From IMG/VR virus record IMGVR_UViG_3300010998_000001, positions 27,477 to 91,476 of that record: DNA of 64,000 nt, one strand, 5' to 3'. The stretch's first letter is position 1; the number at the start of each line of letters is the position of its first letter. Both the position numbers and the translations under genes were made by a program. Below, piece by piece: positions 1-9,837 of this stretch. The notes under the pieces were generated by a model, which saw only the letters and a list, made by a program, of their open reading frames with translations, was not told the DNA's origin and did no database searches. The DNA comes from a virus. Lineage: Duplodnaviria > Heunggongvirae > Uroviricota > Caudoviricetes.

Positions 1-2
1 TT

Positions 3-149
3 CCTCTGTGGTTTCTAGGAGAAGCTATCAAGAAATTGGCCGAGGCTGATGCGGCGCTATTTTTGGAAGGTTGGGAAAGCGCAAGAGGATGTAAAGTAGA
101 GCATGATTGCGCTGTAGAATATGGTATCCGCATTTTCCATCAAGTGTAA
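3..149 (+). CDS. partial (5'-truncated) DUF4406-like / nucleoside deoxyribosyltransferase-fold protein
   Basis: Not in the ORF track. Frame 3 reads PLWFLGEAIKKLAEADAALFLEGWESARGCKVEHDCAVEYGIRIFHQV*, with the typical GW..S.GC..E motif. Stop TAA at 147-149 lies just before the next ATG at 152. Confidence 0.7.
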   Translation, partial: PLWFLGEAIKKLAEADAALFLEGWESARGCKVEHDCAVEYGIRIFHQV

Positions 150-151
150 CT

Positions 152-1378
152 ATGAATAACCATATTTTTATTCCACAAAAGATTAAGGTTGGATTTCAAA
201 ACCGTTCTGATACATACACACAGAAACTTGCCTATGTAATCTATTATGATGAAAAAGGTAAACTGCGCAAGGAGCCATCTTGGGAATCTTGGCGAGATAA
301 GAAAATTGATCCAGAAGAATATGACAATGTTCCAACTGAAGGATTTGTATTAAACAAAAAGGTTGGTGGATATTGCAGCTATTGGAGCAATTTCCGACAG
401 GCTTATGTGCGCGTGTATGATCCTCGCGGATTTGAGTTTGAAATCTCTGTTCCCAATCTTTTGTATATCCTAGAGAATACCAGCTCTATTAAGGGCAAAG
501 GTCTTGAGGGTGAATTTGTTTATGGTTGGGATGGAACTGATTTAATCCTTATTCCAACATCCGCGCCAGATTACATACAACTTTCTGAGTACAACGATAA
601 ACGTTTTGCCAGAAAGAAGATCGTTTCCAAGGATTTGAAAATTGGCGCTACTTATTTAACTAAGGACAATCAACAAGTAGTGTATCTTGGCAAATTTGAT
701 GCTTATGAACACGGTTATTTGTTCGATGGTAAGTGGTTTAAAACACATCATCGAATGGCGAAATATGCCAAAGAGAACAATTTAGAGGTTAGAAGAACAA
801 AGCAAAGTAGTCGGGCATATTATGGATATTACTATGAAAATATGTATGATTACGGAGTTGGTAATGCCGGGAAACATTATTTCTTTGTTAAAATAAACGA
901 GCCGAAAGAAGAAATTGAAAGATATGGGCATCGTAGTTATATTGTTAAAGACTCAATTTCTGGATTGTTAATTGATGTAATTTCTGAAAATCCTGCATCC
1001 AATTATGCGGAGCTTTTTGAAGAGCTTGAGCATCAACCAATTTATTCACCAGAAGATGATTCTAAAGAACAACTCGTTCCTTATGATAGAGATGAATTTT
1101 ATGAAAAGCTAAATACAATTCGTCTATGGGGAGAGGGTTTCAAAGTAATAGACGATGGAATGGCTGTTGGTGTTGAAATTAAAAGGTCTGATGATGGCTT
1201 GTTTGTGCTGCGGGAAACAGATAAGAATATTGACCTGGCAGAGTTTTTTGAGCTGCAACATACTAAGTATGATCGGCTCACCGTTCCAATGACACCAGAT
1301 AAAATATTCAATACCCTACGATTCGTTCATGTAGACCATTATCTTGCGAACGGTAAGTTATATAGGAGGGTTTATTAA
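152..1378 (+). CDS. conserved large-phage hypothetical protein
   Basis: ORF 107..1378. The start is more likely ATG 152 (MNNHIFIPQKIKVGF), coupled to the upstream stop. No function recognised. Confidence 0.75.
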   Translation: MNNHIFIPQKIKVGFQNRSDTYTQKLAYVIYYDEKGKLRKEPSWESWRDKKIDPEEYDNVPTEGFVLNKKVGGYCSYWSNFRQAYVRVYDPRGFEFEISVPNLLYILENTSSIKGKGLEGEFVYGWDGTDLILIPTSAPDYIQLSEYNDKRFARKKIVSKDLKIGATYLTKDNQQVVYLGKFDAYEHGYLFDGKWFKTHHRMAKYAKENNLEVRRTKQSSRAYYGYYYENMYDYGVGNAGKHYFFVKINEPKEEIERYGHRSYIVKDSISGLLIDVISENPASNYAELFEELEHQPIYSPEDDSKEQLVPYDRDEFYEKLNTIRLWGEGFKVIDDGMAVGVEIKRSDDGLFVLRETDKNIDLAEFFELQHTKYDRLTVPMTPDKIFNTLRFVHVDHYLANGKLYRRVY

Positions 1379-1779
1379 TGAGCAAAAATGATGATACGAT
1401 TCTTGCACTGAAAGAGCAACTGAAAAAGAAAAATGATGAACTAGGTAAGAAGATTCGTTTTGCGCCAATCACGAGCTGTTCAATTGAACTGGATGGCGTT
1501 CGCTATAATCTTCATACCATGAATGTAGATTCTTTGACTTTCCTTCTAGTGAAACTCCACGCTCTTGAAAAGGCGGCAGATGACCTTGGTGTATCTGTTC
1601 AAATCTCAGGGTTTAATATAAAGGATTGGATCGTTGATATTCTCGCCAAGATTAACATTATTAATCGGGGCGAAAAGGAAAAAGAACTGAAGGTTCTTGA
1701 GAACAAGTTGAATACCATGCTTTCTGCGGATAAGCAGACCGAGCTTGAGCTTGAGAAGATTGCTGCCTTGTTGTCTTAA
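1378..1779 (+). CDS. hypothetical protein (coiled-coil rich)
   Basis: 133-aa ORF overlapping the upstream stop (TAATG), preceded by an AGGAGG SD. Confidence 0.75.
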   Translation: MSKNDDTILALKEQLKKKNDELGKKIRFAPITSCSIELDGVRYNLHTMNVDSLTFLLVKLHALEKAADDLGVSVQISGFNIKDWIVDILAKINIINRGEKEKELKVLENKLNTMLSADKQTELELEKIAALLS

Positions 1780-1806
1780 ATATAAAACAAACTAAAGAGG
1801 TATATA

Positions 1807-2823
1807 ATGACGCTGACAAATAAATGGATTAATGGAGATTGCCTTACTGAGCTGGCGAAGCTAGATGATGAATGTGTTGATCTTATTATAACAAGTCCGC
1901 CTTATCATAATCTTCGCGTGTATAGCAATGATCCGCATGACCTATCTAACTGTGAAACATATGAAGAGTATTTCTATATGCTTGGATTGGTGATTGAACA
2001 GTGTGAACGTGTCTTGAAACCTGGCGGTAAGTTTGTTATGCAGTTTGAAGATTATAATTACACCATTGGCCGTGATAACAAAATGGGGCAAGAGAGCCTT
2101 ACGGGAGATATTAATAAGCTATTCCTCGAACATGGGTTCTCTCTTTGGACGAAGGCTTTCTGGAGGAAATATTCTGCGCAGCGAGCTATGCTCGCTCAAG
2201 GCAATCTGTATTACAGAAACATGAAAGCCAGAGACACGATCCTCGCGGCAAATGTCGGCTTTGTGTATGTATATAAGAAAGCTGGCGATTGCGAACTAAT
2301 TAAAGCCAGCGATATTACCCTTGCGCAATGGGCAGAATGGGCCGATGGAGTATGGAACATCGGTAACTCTGGCATCGGACACACAACTCCTTTTGCAGAA
2401 GAGTTTGTCGAGCGCTGCATTAAACTATGGTCTTGTCCGGGGGATACCGTTCTTGATCCTTTTGCTGGCGCGGGAACAGTTAATAAAGTCGCCATTGAAA
2501 ACGGCAGAAATGCTATCGGCATCGAACTTCTAAAGGAGTTCTACGATTTGGCAAACGAGAAACGTTTCTCTCAATGGGATGATAGCATCTTTGAATCCAA
2601 TGATTCTATTGACGCTATGAAAGATCGGTTTGCCGCAGAGCTTGAGGCTGGCAAAGTGCAAAGTGCAAATGCAAAGGCAGACAAAGAGGAACAGAAACAG
2701 TTAACCAACAAGAAGAAGGAATTACAGGCGCAAATCAAACAGCTTGAATCTGAGCTGGCCGCGCTAGGTGTTAAGAAGTCAGAAATTAAATCCATTCGTG
2801 CGGGAGCCTCTACCAATGATTGA
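1807..2823 (+). CDS. orphan DNA methyltransferase, beta class, probably N4-cytosine
   Basis: Motif IV TSPPY precedes motif I DPFAGAGT. About 90 aa of coiled-coil C-terminal extension. Confidence 0.9.
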   Translation: MTLTNKWINGDCLTELAKLDDECVDLIITSPPYHNLRVYSNDPHDLSNCETYEEYFYMLGLVIEQCERVLKPGGKFVMQFEDYNYTIGRDNKMGQESLTGDINKLFLEHGFSLWTKAFWRKYSAQRAMLAQGNLYYRNMKARDTILAANVGFVYVYKKAGDCELIKASDITLAQWAEWADGVWNIGNSGIGHTTPFAEEFVERCIKLWSCPGDTVLDPFAGAGTVNKVAIENGRNAIGIELLKEFYDLANEKRFSQWDDSIFESNDSIDAMKDRFAAELEAGKVQSANAKADKEEQKQLTNKKKELQAQIKQLESELAALGVKKSEIKSIRAGASTND

Positions 2824-4300
2824 GGTAGAGGTTCCAGTTACTAAGATACCATTTGTTCGCACAATCGAAGGAAGAAAGTTTCTAAATGGCAAGTGGCAGT
2901 TTCCAGATTCAGCAGCGCCATTATTGGTTCAACTTGATTTAATCAAAGAGGATTCTGTAACAAGAAAAGAAGAACAAATTGAATTTGAGTTATCTCCGCA
3001 TTTGCGGAAACATCAAAAGGAAATTTGTAATCTTGCATTAAACAAAAAATCTCTAGGAATTTTTGCCGATACGGGAACTGGTAAGACAGTGATCGGTTTA
3101 GAGATTGCGACACACCATAAGAAAACTCTTGTCCTTTGTCCGTTGTCTGTTATTGAAACGGCATGGGTAGATGATTGCCACAGGTTCTATCCTGGCAAAA
3201 CTATCGTGAATGTATGGGCTAATTCTGCGCAGGAGAGAAGAAACAAACTTGCGCAGGATGCAGACATATATGTTATGAATTACGAGAGTTTCAAGATTCT
3301 AAGAAATGATATTCGCAAAGTTGGTTTTGACTGTCTGATCGTGGATGAAAGCTCCGTGATGAAGAATATGAATAGCCAGATTACAACAATACTCTTGCAA
3401 TTCATTGATGTAATTCCGCACAGATTTGTAATGTCTGGTTGTCCTACACCAAATCATAATTCAGAAATATTCCCGCAAATGAAACTGGTTAATCCAGAAG
3501 TGTTTGGCAACAACTATTATGGCTTTCTGGCACGGTATTTTCATCAAGACATGGCGAATCCTCATGTCTGGTATCAGACAGATGAGGACAAGGATAGATA
3601 TTTTGCGCGATTGCGAACACAATCTGTATTCCTCAAGAAAGAAGATTGTGTAGATTTGCCGGACAAGATATTCTCTGTGCGACAATTTGATCTATCGCCA
3701 GAGCAGAGGCTTTATTATGATGAACTCGAAAATGATATTAGGCAGCATATTAATGAATGGAGCAAAATTGAGTTCACGGCCAAGCTGATGAAACAAAGAG
3801 AAATCGTCAGCGGATTTGTGATCCAGAAAGACAAGAGCATTACTACCTTTGATAACTATAAGCATCGTGCGCTGAAGGAAACCATTGAAGAAATAGGGAA
3901 TAAGCCTATTGTTGTCTGGTGTCAATTCAAACATGAGATTGAAACCTTGGCAAAAGAGTTTGGCGGCACAGCATTAACCTCTGGAACGCGCAATAGAGAT
4001 GAGATTATTAGGGCATTTCGTGATAATCAAATTCATCTTTTATTCACGCATCCAAAATTGCTTGGCAAGGGTGTTACATTCGTTAATTGCACTTATAACA
4101 TCTATTATTCTTTGAGTTTTAGTTATGAAGAATTTAAACAAAGTCAAGACAGAATACATAGAATAGGACAGGAGAATAAATGTACTTACATCATTTTGCA
4201 AGCCAAGGATACAAATGATATAAAGATTTATTCTAGCCTAATGAACAAGGGCAATGCCGTAGATGAGTTATATTATGAAATGGCAAAGCCAATAAGTTGA
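2816..4300 (+). CDS. SNF2-family helicase
   Basis: Walker A DTGTGKT, DES box (VDESS), SGCP motif III, QSQDRIHRIGQ motif VI. Start taken at ATG 2816, overlapping the MTase end. Confidence 0.9.
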   Translation: MIEVEVPVTKIPFVRTIEGRKFLNGKWQFPDSAAPLLVQLDLIKEDSVTRKEEQIEFELSPHLRKHQKEICNLALNKKSLGIFADTGTGKTVIGLEIATHHKKTLVLCPLSVIETAWVDDCHRFYPGKTIVNVWANSAQERRNKLAQDADIYVMNYESFKILRNDIRKVGFDCLIVDESSVMKNMNSQITTILLQFIDVIPHRFVMSGCPTPNHNSEIFPQMKLVNPEVFGNNYYGFLARYFHQDMANPHVWYQTDEDKDRYFARLRTQSVFLKKEDCVDLPDKIFSVRQFDLSPEQRLYYDELENDIRQHINEWSKIEFTAKLMKQREIVSGFVIQKDKSITTFDNYKHRALKETIEEIGNKPIVVWCQFKHEIETLAKEFGGTALTSGTRNRDEIIRAFRDNQIHLLFTHPKLLGKGVTFVNCTYNIYYSLSFSYEEFKQSQDRIHRIGQENKCTYIILQAKDTNDIKIYSSLMNKGNAVDELYYEMAKPIS

Positions 4301-4418
4301 TAACACTTTTATAGTGATGATATAGATAGTTCTTTAATAGGAGCGTGATAGCTATGCTGTAGCTATATTATTTTGCCATAAAAAGAAAAACAAAATAAAG
4401 AGAGAAGGAGAAATAAAA

Positions 4419-5048
4419 ATGTCAAGTGTATTTACTACTCTGAATGATGTTGATGTTTCTGACAAGATCAAGGAAAAGGGTGGCCTTTCTTATTTGTCTT
4501 GGGCGAGCGCCTGGGCGGAAGTGAAGAAACGTTACCCGGATGCAGAGTTTAGGGTTTATCCGCAAACAATTGATGAACAAGGAAATGATCGCTTTTGGCA
4601 TGATGACGGCAAAACTGGTTGGGTCGAAGTCGGTGTAACGATTGACGGTATCGAACTGATTGAGGTTCTTCCGATTATGGATTTCAAGAACAAGGCTATC
4701 CCTGCCGAAAATATTACTTCCACTGATGCCAATAAGACAATGAAACGCTGTCTTGTTAAGGCGTGTGCGCTTCATGGGCTTGGTCTATATGTGTATGACT
4801 CCGAAGATTTGCCTGAGTCTGTTTCCAAGGGTAACGAGATTAAGGATCATATCACGGCTCTTATTAAGAAGAAATGTGATCTTGGAGAGGCTGCTACGAA
4901 GAAGGTAAGTGAATACTGCAAGGCGGCAGAGCGTAAGGCATGGCCGGAGTTGGATGACGATGCTATTACTGGCCGCAATTATAAGGATATTGATGATATT
5001 GATATTCTAACTAATCTTGAGAAACAGCTTATGGCTGTTAGAAAGTGA
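4419..5048 (+). CDS. Sak-like (Rad52-family, DUF1071) single-strand annealing protein
   Basis: N-terminus VDVSDKIKEKGGLSYLSWASAW and KRCLVKACALHGLGLYVY are typical of Sak. Confidence 0.85.
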   Translation: MSSVFTTLNDVDVSDKIKEKGGLSYLSWASAWAEVKKRYPDAEFRVYPQTIDEQGNDRFWHDDGKTGWVEVGVTIDGIELIEVLPIMDFKNKAIPAENITSTDANKTMKRCLVKACALHGLGLYVYDSEDLPESVSKGNEIKDHITALIKKKCDLGEAATKKVSEYCKAAERKAWPELDDDAITGRNYKDIDDIDILTNLEKQLMAVRK

Positions 5049-5058
5049 GATAAGAAAC

Positions 5059-5526
5059 ATGGGCTTTTTTAAAGACAATATTGCAACTGTCTGGTCTGTT
5101 AATGTTAAGGACAATTTCTGCACCGCCAATGTGAGTACATCAAAGAAGAACAAGGAAAGCGGCGAATACTTCACAGACTTTAACGATGGTTTTGTTAATT
5201 TTGTTGGAACTGCAAATGAACGTCTGAGAGATCGTGTTATTCCTGAAGGCGGGCTAAAAATCCGTATTGGTAATGGCGACGTAACACATTATTACGATAA
5301 GGCGAAACAAAAACTATACATTAACTATACTGTGTTTTCTTTCGATGATGTAACTTGGGATTCTGCGCAGAAGAAGTGGGTTACTGTAGAGAACGAAAAT
5401 AACGGAGCTGCGCCAAAAGCCGCTAAGTCCGCATCAAAGGCTAAGTCAAAGACTACGGCAAAGTCGCAGAAGAAGACAGAGCCAGAGCCGGAAGATGAAG
5501 ACGAGGAAGAGGAACTTCCGTTCTGA
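5059..5526 (+). CDS. ssb: single-stranded DNA-binding protein
   Basis: OB-fold-like N-terminus and acidic tail ending EDEDEEEELPF. Follows sak. Confidence 0.8.
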   Translation: MGFFKDNIATVWSVNVKDNFCTANVSTSKKNKESGEYFTDFNDGFVNFVGTANERLRDRVIPEGGLKIRIGNGDVTHYYDKAKQKLYINYTVFSFDDVTWDSAQKKWVTVENENNGAAPKAAKSASKAKSKTTAKSQKKTEPEPEDEDEEEELPF

Positions 5527-5539
5527 TAAGGAGTGAGAC

Positions 5540-6157
5540 ATGGATAATCAAACAAACATTGAACGTTTTGAATCACTTTTGATGCAGTATAACAGAGAGG
5601 GAATGGATCGTCTTTTAGATTTCATTCGTAAATCTGATTTCTATACCGCTCCTGCCAGCACACGATTTCACTCCTGTCATGCTGGCGGTCTGCTTGAACA
5701 TTCTCTAAATGTTTATGATTGTCTTTGTGAAAAACTCAATAGCCCTGTATGGAAAGATATTCTTGAAGAAGTCGGGCAGGAAAGCATTACGATTACTGCC
5801 CTTCTTCACGATATTTGTAAATCCTATTATTACATAGTCGAGTATAAGAACAAGAAGATTTATAGTCCAACTGGCGCAAAGCAAGATAGTAACGGGCGCT
5901 TTGATTGGAAATCTGTTCCTGGCTATACGGTTGATGACAAGATTCCTTATGGGCATGGTGAGAAGTCATGTATGATGATCGAAGAATATATGCGGCTAAA
6001 GCCAATGGAGAGATATGGTATTCGCTGGCATATGGGATTCACGGAGCCTAAAGAACAATGGGGTACTTTAGGCGCTGCTCTAAAGAAGTATCCATTTATC
6101 CTCGCTGTACATGAAGCCGATCTCGAAGCAACTTACCTCAAAGAAGAGGATGAGTAA
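5540..6157 (+). CDS. HD-domain phosphohydrolase
   Basis: PASTRFH...GGLLEHS and LLHDICK motifs. Confidence 0.85.
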   Translation: MDNQTNIERFESLLMQYNREGMDRLLDFIRKSDFYTAPASTRFHSCHAGGLLEHSLNVYDCLCEKLNSPVWKDILEEVGQESITITALLHDICKSYYYIVEYKNKKIYSPTGAKQDSNGRFDWKSVPGYTVDDKIPYGHGEKSCMMIEEYMRLKPMERYGIRWHMGFTEPKEQWGTLGAALKKYPFILAVHEADLEATYLKEEDE

Positions 6158-6637
6158 ATGGCGGAAAGAAATACCCAGCGTGTGTGTCAGTATCTTCAAT
6201 GCAGACATGGCAAACGTATTGATATAAGTACAGAAAAGTATATTAAAGATGGTACTAAGTATTATCATGAGAACTGTTTTCAAGAAATGAAGGATATGCA
6301 GCTCTTTCGTAATATTTGGGTAAGCCATATTAGTAATACAGTAAGATACTCTGAATTAAATAAAATCTTAAATGAGTATCTAAATCGCGGCGTATCATCT
6401 GACTATCTTTTGTTTGTTTTACAATATGTTATAGACCATGATATGAAACTCAATTATCCTGCTGGTTTCAGATATTACATTGATAGGTCTGAAATTAAGA
6501 AAGCTTATGATAAAAAGCAAAAAAGTGTTATAAGTAAAGTCAAATTTTCAGCCAAGGATGTAGAAGATAATTCACCGAAGTTTTCAATCACTTCTAAACA
6601 ATCTGGATTTGGTACTATTTTTGGCGATAAGAATTAG
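6158..6637 (+). CDS. hypothetical protein, possible helicase loader
   Basis: 159 aa with N-terminal CxYxxC...HxxC, immediately upstream of the helicase. Function inferred from position only. Confidence 0.6.
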   Translation: MAERNTQRVCQYLQCRHGKRIDISTEKYIKDGTKYYHENCFQEMKDMQLFRNIWVSHISNTVRYSELNKILNEYLNRGVSSDYLLFVLQYVIDHDMKLNYPAGFRYYIDRSEIKKAYDKKQKSVISKVKFSAKDVEDNSPKFSITSKQSGFGTIFGDKN

Positions 6638-6648
6638 GGAGGTGGAAA

Positions 6649-7992
6649 ATGAATATCTCTGAGCTATCAGATATTCAATCAGAGAGTGCCGTTATCGGAA
6701 CTCTAATTTGCCATCCTGAGTTCATGTCACATACAGAGTATTTAATGCCAAGATATTTTTACAATGTCGAAAACTCTTGTATCTTTTGGGCGATTACCGA
6801 ATTATACAAAGAGGGCATAACAAATATCGACGCATATAATATATCAACAAAGATACAAAGTGACAAAGGTGTAGCAAACACAATTGAGAAATACAATATG
6901 CCGTCTGTGCAGGAGTTCTTAGAATTATACAAGGGGGCGGCAAGACATTCTCTTGGCGAATATAAAATGTTCGCAGAAAATATTGTTTCACTTGCTTTCA
7001 AGCGCGATCTAGCTAATGTGTTAGGGAAACTGCAAAACGATTGTTTTAAAAAGAATATCCAGTTAGATCAACTCAGCAATCATGTGTATGACGAGCTTGA
7101 TAATCTTACACAAAAATATATTGTTTCGGATGAGATACATACGCTAGGCAGCGAACTAGATGACATTTGGGCGGAGATCGTAAACCGCCGCACAGAAGAT
7201 GGTATGTATGGCATCCCATCTAAGTATGTTTCATTTAATGAGTATTTCACATATGAACCGGGAGAACTTGTAGTAATCCAGGCGAAATACAAACAAGGCA
7301 AATCTGTTTTGTTAATGAATGAGGTTGTCCACAAATTAAAGAATGGTGTGGCAACGCTTGTTATTGATAGCGAGATGCCTACAAGATTATATGTAGAGCG
7401 GCTTATTTCTCATTTGACTGGCGTTGAATTAAAGCGTGTAAAGAACGGCCTGTATTCTGATGAAGAGGAAGAAAAAATTAATCAAGCCATCAAATGGCTT
7501 AAAGAACAGCCGTTTATCCATATCTATGATCCGCATATGACAGACGATAAGATGTACTCTATTTGTAAAATGCTACAAAGAAAGATGAATCTATCTTTTG
7601 TTGTGTATGACTATCTCAAAAGTAACGAAACCTCTACCAGTGATAACTACAATGTGCTTGGTGCAAAATGCGATTTTCTCAAAAATAATATCGCTGGCGA
7701 ATTAAATCTTCCCGTTCTCGCAGCTTGTCAGCTCAATAGAAACGGAGAAGTAGCAGACAGTATCAAAATCAATCGTTATCTTAGCGTTGGTATCAAATGG
7801 GAGCATAAGACACAGGCCATGATTGCCAATGATGGATTAAGATGCGGTGACGCTTACGCAAAGATATATGTTAATCGTCTTGGGCGGCAGATGCAAGAAG
7901 ATGATGAAAGTGATTACATTGATTTCATTTTCGATGGCGACACAATGACGATAGTAGAAGCGGAGCAACACGTTCGGCAAGACTCTTTCTAA
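6649..7992 (+). CDS. dnaB: DnaB-like replicative helicase
   Basis: SESAVIGTL N-terminus, Walker A AKYKQGKS, DSEMP, VVYDYLK, CQLNR. Confidence 0.9.
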   Translation: MNISELSDIQSESAVIGTLICHPEFMSHTEYLMPRYFYNVENSCIFWAITELYKEGITNIDAYNISTKIQSDKGVANTIEKYNMPSVQEFLELYKGAARHSLGEYKMFAENIVSLAFKRDLANVLGKLQNDCFKKNIQLDQLSNHVYDELDNLTQKYIVSDEIHTLGSELDDIWAEIVNRRTEDGMYGIPSKYVSFNEYFTYEPGELVVIQAKYKQGKSVLLMNEVVHKLKNGVATLVIDSEMPTRLYVERLISHLTGVELKRVKNGLYSDEEEEKINQAIKWLKEQPFIHIYDPHMTDDKMYSICKMLQRKMNLSFVVYDYLKSNETSTSDNYNVLGAKCDFLKNNIAGELNLPVLAACQLNRNGEVADSIKINRYLSVGIKWEHKTQAMIANDGLRCGDAYAKIYVNRLGRQMQEDDESDYIDFIFDGDTMTIVEAEQHVRQDSF

Positions 7993-8015
7993 AGAAGTGA
8001 TAAGGAGGCTTATCG

Positions 8016-9026
8016 TTGAATTTAATATACGATAATGAAACGTTGCAACAAATCAACGAAAATGTTGACCTCCTTGGCTATGTAGAAAAATCAATAGACT
8101 TAGAAGAAAAGGGAGGCGAGTATTGGGGTCATTGTCCACTCCATGTAGATAACACTCCCTCTTTTTCTCTAAGTCCAGAAAAGAATGCGTACTATTGTTT
8201 TTCGTGTGGATCAGGTGGCGGTATAATCAATTTCCTTGTAGATTATGAGGATATGACATTTGATGATGCTGTTACAAAAGCCTCGCAATTGGCGAATATG
8301 GATTTATCCAAAATGTGCCAATCAAGAACAATCGCATTTCTCAAAAAGCTTCGCGCCATGTCGCAAGTTCAAAAGATTGATTTTCAGCATAAAATATTCA
8401 AGAAAACAGAATTAAAAAAATATTTAAAGGATCACCCACAGGAATGGATTGACGAAGGTATTGATCCAGATGTGATGGATTTGTTTGATATACGAATAGA
8501 CGAATATGGTAACAGGATTGTCTATCCAGTGTATGACATAGACGGAAACCTAATTAATATTAAAGGGCGAACCAGATATGAGAACTTCAAACAAATGGAT
8601 ATTCCTAAATACATAAATTATTATACTGTTGGCGTGGTTGATTACTTTCAAGGATTAAATGTAACATTGCCATATGTCAAAGAACAGAATGAGATAATCA
8701 TATTTGAATCAATCAAATCTGTAATGAAAGCATATGGTTGGGGATATAGAAATTGTGCATCCGCAGAGAAACATACATTAACCAAAGAGCAGATTGATTT
8801 ATTAATTAAGCTGAGAGTGAATGTCGTATTTGCTTATGACTCTGATGTAAGTTATCGGGAAGGCGAAGTTAAAGAGAATATAGATAAATTAAAACGAGTT
8901 ACCAATGTCTATATTATCGAAGATAGAGAACATCTACTCGGCGGCAAAGAAACTAAAAACGCGCCCGCAGATTGCGGCGAAGAGATATGGGAAGAGTTGT
9001 ACGAAAGCAGGAAGAAAGTGGTGTGA
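8016..9026 (+). CDS. DnaG-like primase (CHC2 zinc finger + TOPRIM)
   Basis: CPLH...CFSC zinc finger, IFES and AYDSD TOPRIM motifs. TTG start with AAGGAGG SD. Confidence 0.9.
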   Translation: MNLIYDNETLQQINENVDLLGYVEKSIDLEEKGGEYWGHCPLHVDNTPSFSLSPEKNAYYCFSCGSGGGIINFLVDYEDMTFDDAVTKASQLANMDLSKMCQSRTIAFLKKLRAMSQVQKIDFQHKIFKKTELKKYLKDHPQEWIDEGIDPDVMDLFDIRIDEYGNRIVYPVYDIDGNLINIKGRTRYENFKQMDIPKYINYYTVGVVDYFQGLNVTLPYVKEQNEIIIFESIKSVMKAYGWGYRNCASAEKHTLTKEQIDLLIKLRVNVVFAYDSDVSYREGEVKENIDKLKRVTNVYIIEDREHLLGGKETKNAPADCGEEIWEELYESRKKVV

Positions 9027-9027
9027 T

Positions 9028-9837
9028 TTGAGCGATTATAAAGAACAAATTGATAAAATGTGTTGGTCTTATTCGCGGCTAACATCATTCGGACATTGTA
9101 AATATGAGTTCTACTTAAACTATATCATCAATGATGATGAACAATATTTATCTGAAGGAAATTTCTTTGCGGAAAGTGGATCATTTGTCCACGAGATTCT
9201 AGCTAAAGTATTCTCTGGTGAAATGACTCCTGACGAAGCGCATCAGTATTTTCTTGATAATTTTGAAGATAATATTTGCTATAAATTGAAAAAGAAAGAA
9301 ACAATGCAAAAAACCTTTGAATTGTGTTCTGATTACTTCGCGGCATTAGATTTATCTTGGCTAGATAAATATGAAATCCTGGGAGTAGAGTTAAAAATTA
9401 AGTTTAAAATTGCTGGATACGAATTTATCTCATTCATTGATTTGCTGCTAAAAGACAAGGAAACTGGCGAAATCATTGTTGTAGATCATAAATCCGCACC
9501 GTATCCATTTAAGCAGAATGGCGAAGTTAAGAAAAATTCACAGCATAGTTTCGATACATATAAGAAACAAATGTATCTCTACTCTTTCGCCGTGCTACAG
9601 AAATTCGGACAGTTGCCAACAGAATTATGGTGGAATCATTTCAAGGATGGTGGCAAAATTGCCAAGATTAAATTTGATCCTAATGAGTATGATGAAACCG
9701 TAAAATGGTTTGCAGATACGATCCACGAGATTGAGGAAGAGACGGAATATCCGCCAAGCACTGATTATTTCTATTGTCATAATCTGTGTAACTTCCGCGC
9801 CTCATGTGAATATGTAAGTAAAGGTTCGTGGAAATGA
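9028..9837 (+). CDS. PD-(D/E)xK (RecB-family) exonuclease
   Basis: WSYSRL..C, FIDLL...VVDHKS, QMYLY, C-terminal C..LC.FR..C. The start is uncertain (TTG 9028 or ATG 9058; the track starts at 8905 inside the primase gene). Confidence 0.8.
   Translation: MSDYKEQIDKMCWSYSRLTSFGHCKYEFYLNYIINDDEQYLSEGNFFAESGSFVHEILAKVFSGEMTPDEAHQYFLDNFEDNICYKLKKKETMQKTFELCSDYFAALDLSWLDKYEILGVELKIKFKIAGYEFISFIDLLLKDKETGEIIVVDHKSAPYPFKQNGEVKKNSQHSFDTYKKQMYLYSFAVLQKFGQLPTELWWNHFKDGGKIAKIKFDPNEYDETVKWFADTIHEIEEETEYPPSTDYFYCHNLCNFRASCEYVSKGSWK

Noticed and set aside
4348-4366. Inverted repeat ATAGCTA-N5-TAGCTAT upstream of sak as an operator
   Set aside because: A single short AT-rich occurrence with no second copy noticed.
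9028-9837. Cas4 / CRISPR adaptation gene
   Set aside because: It is a RecB-family nuclease embedded in the replication operon. No array or cas1 is present in the window.
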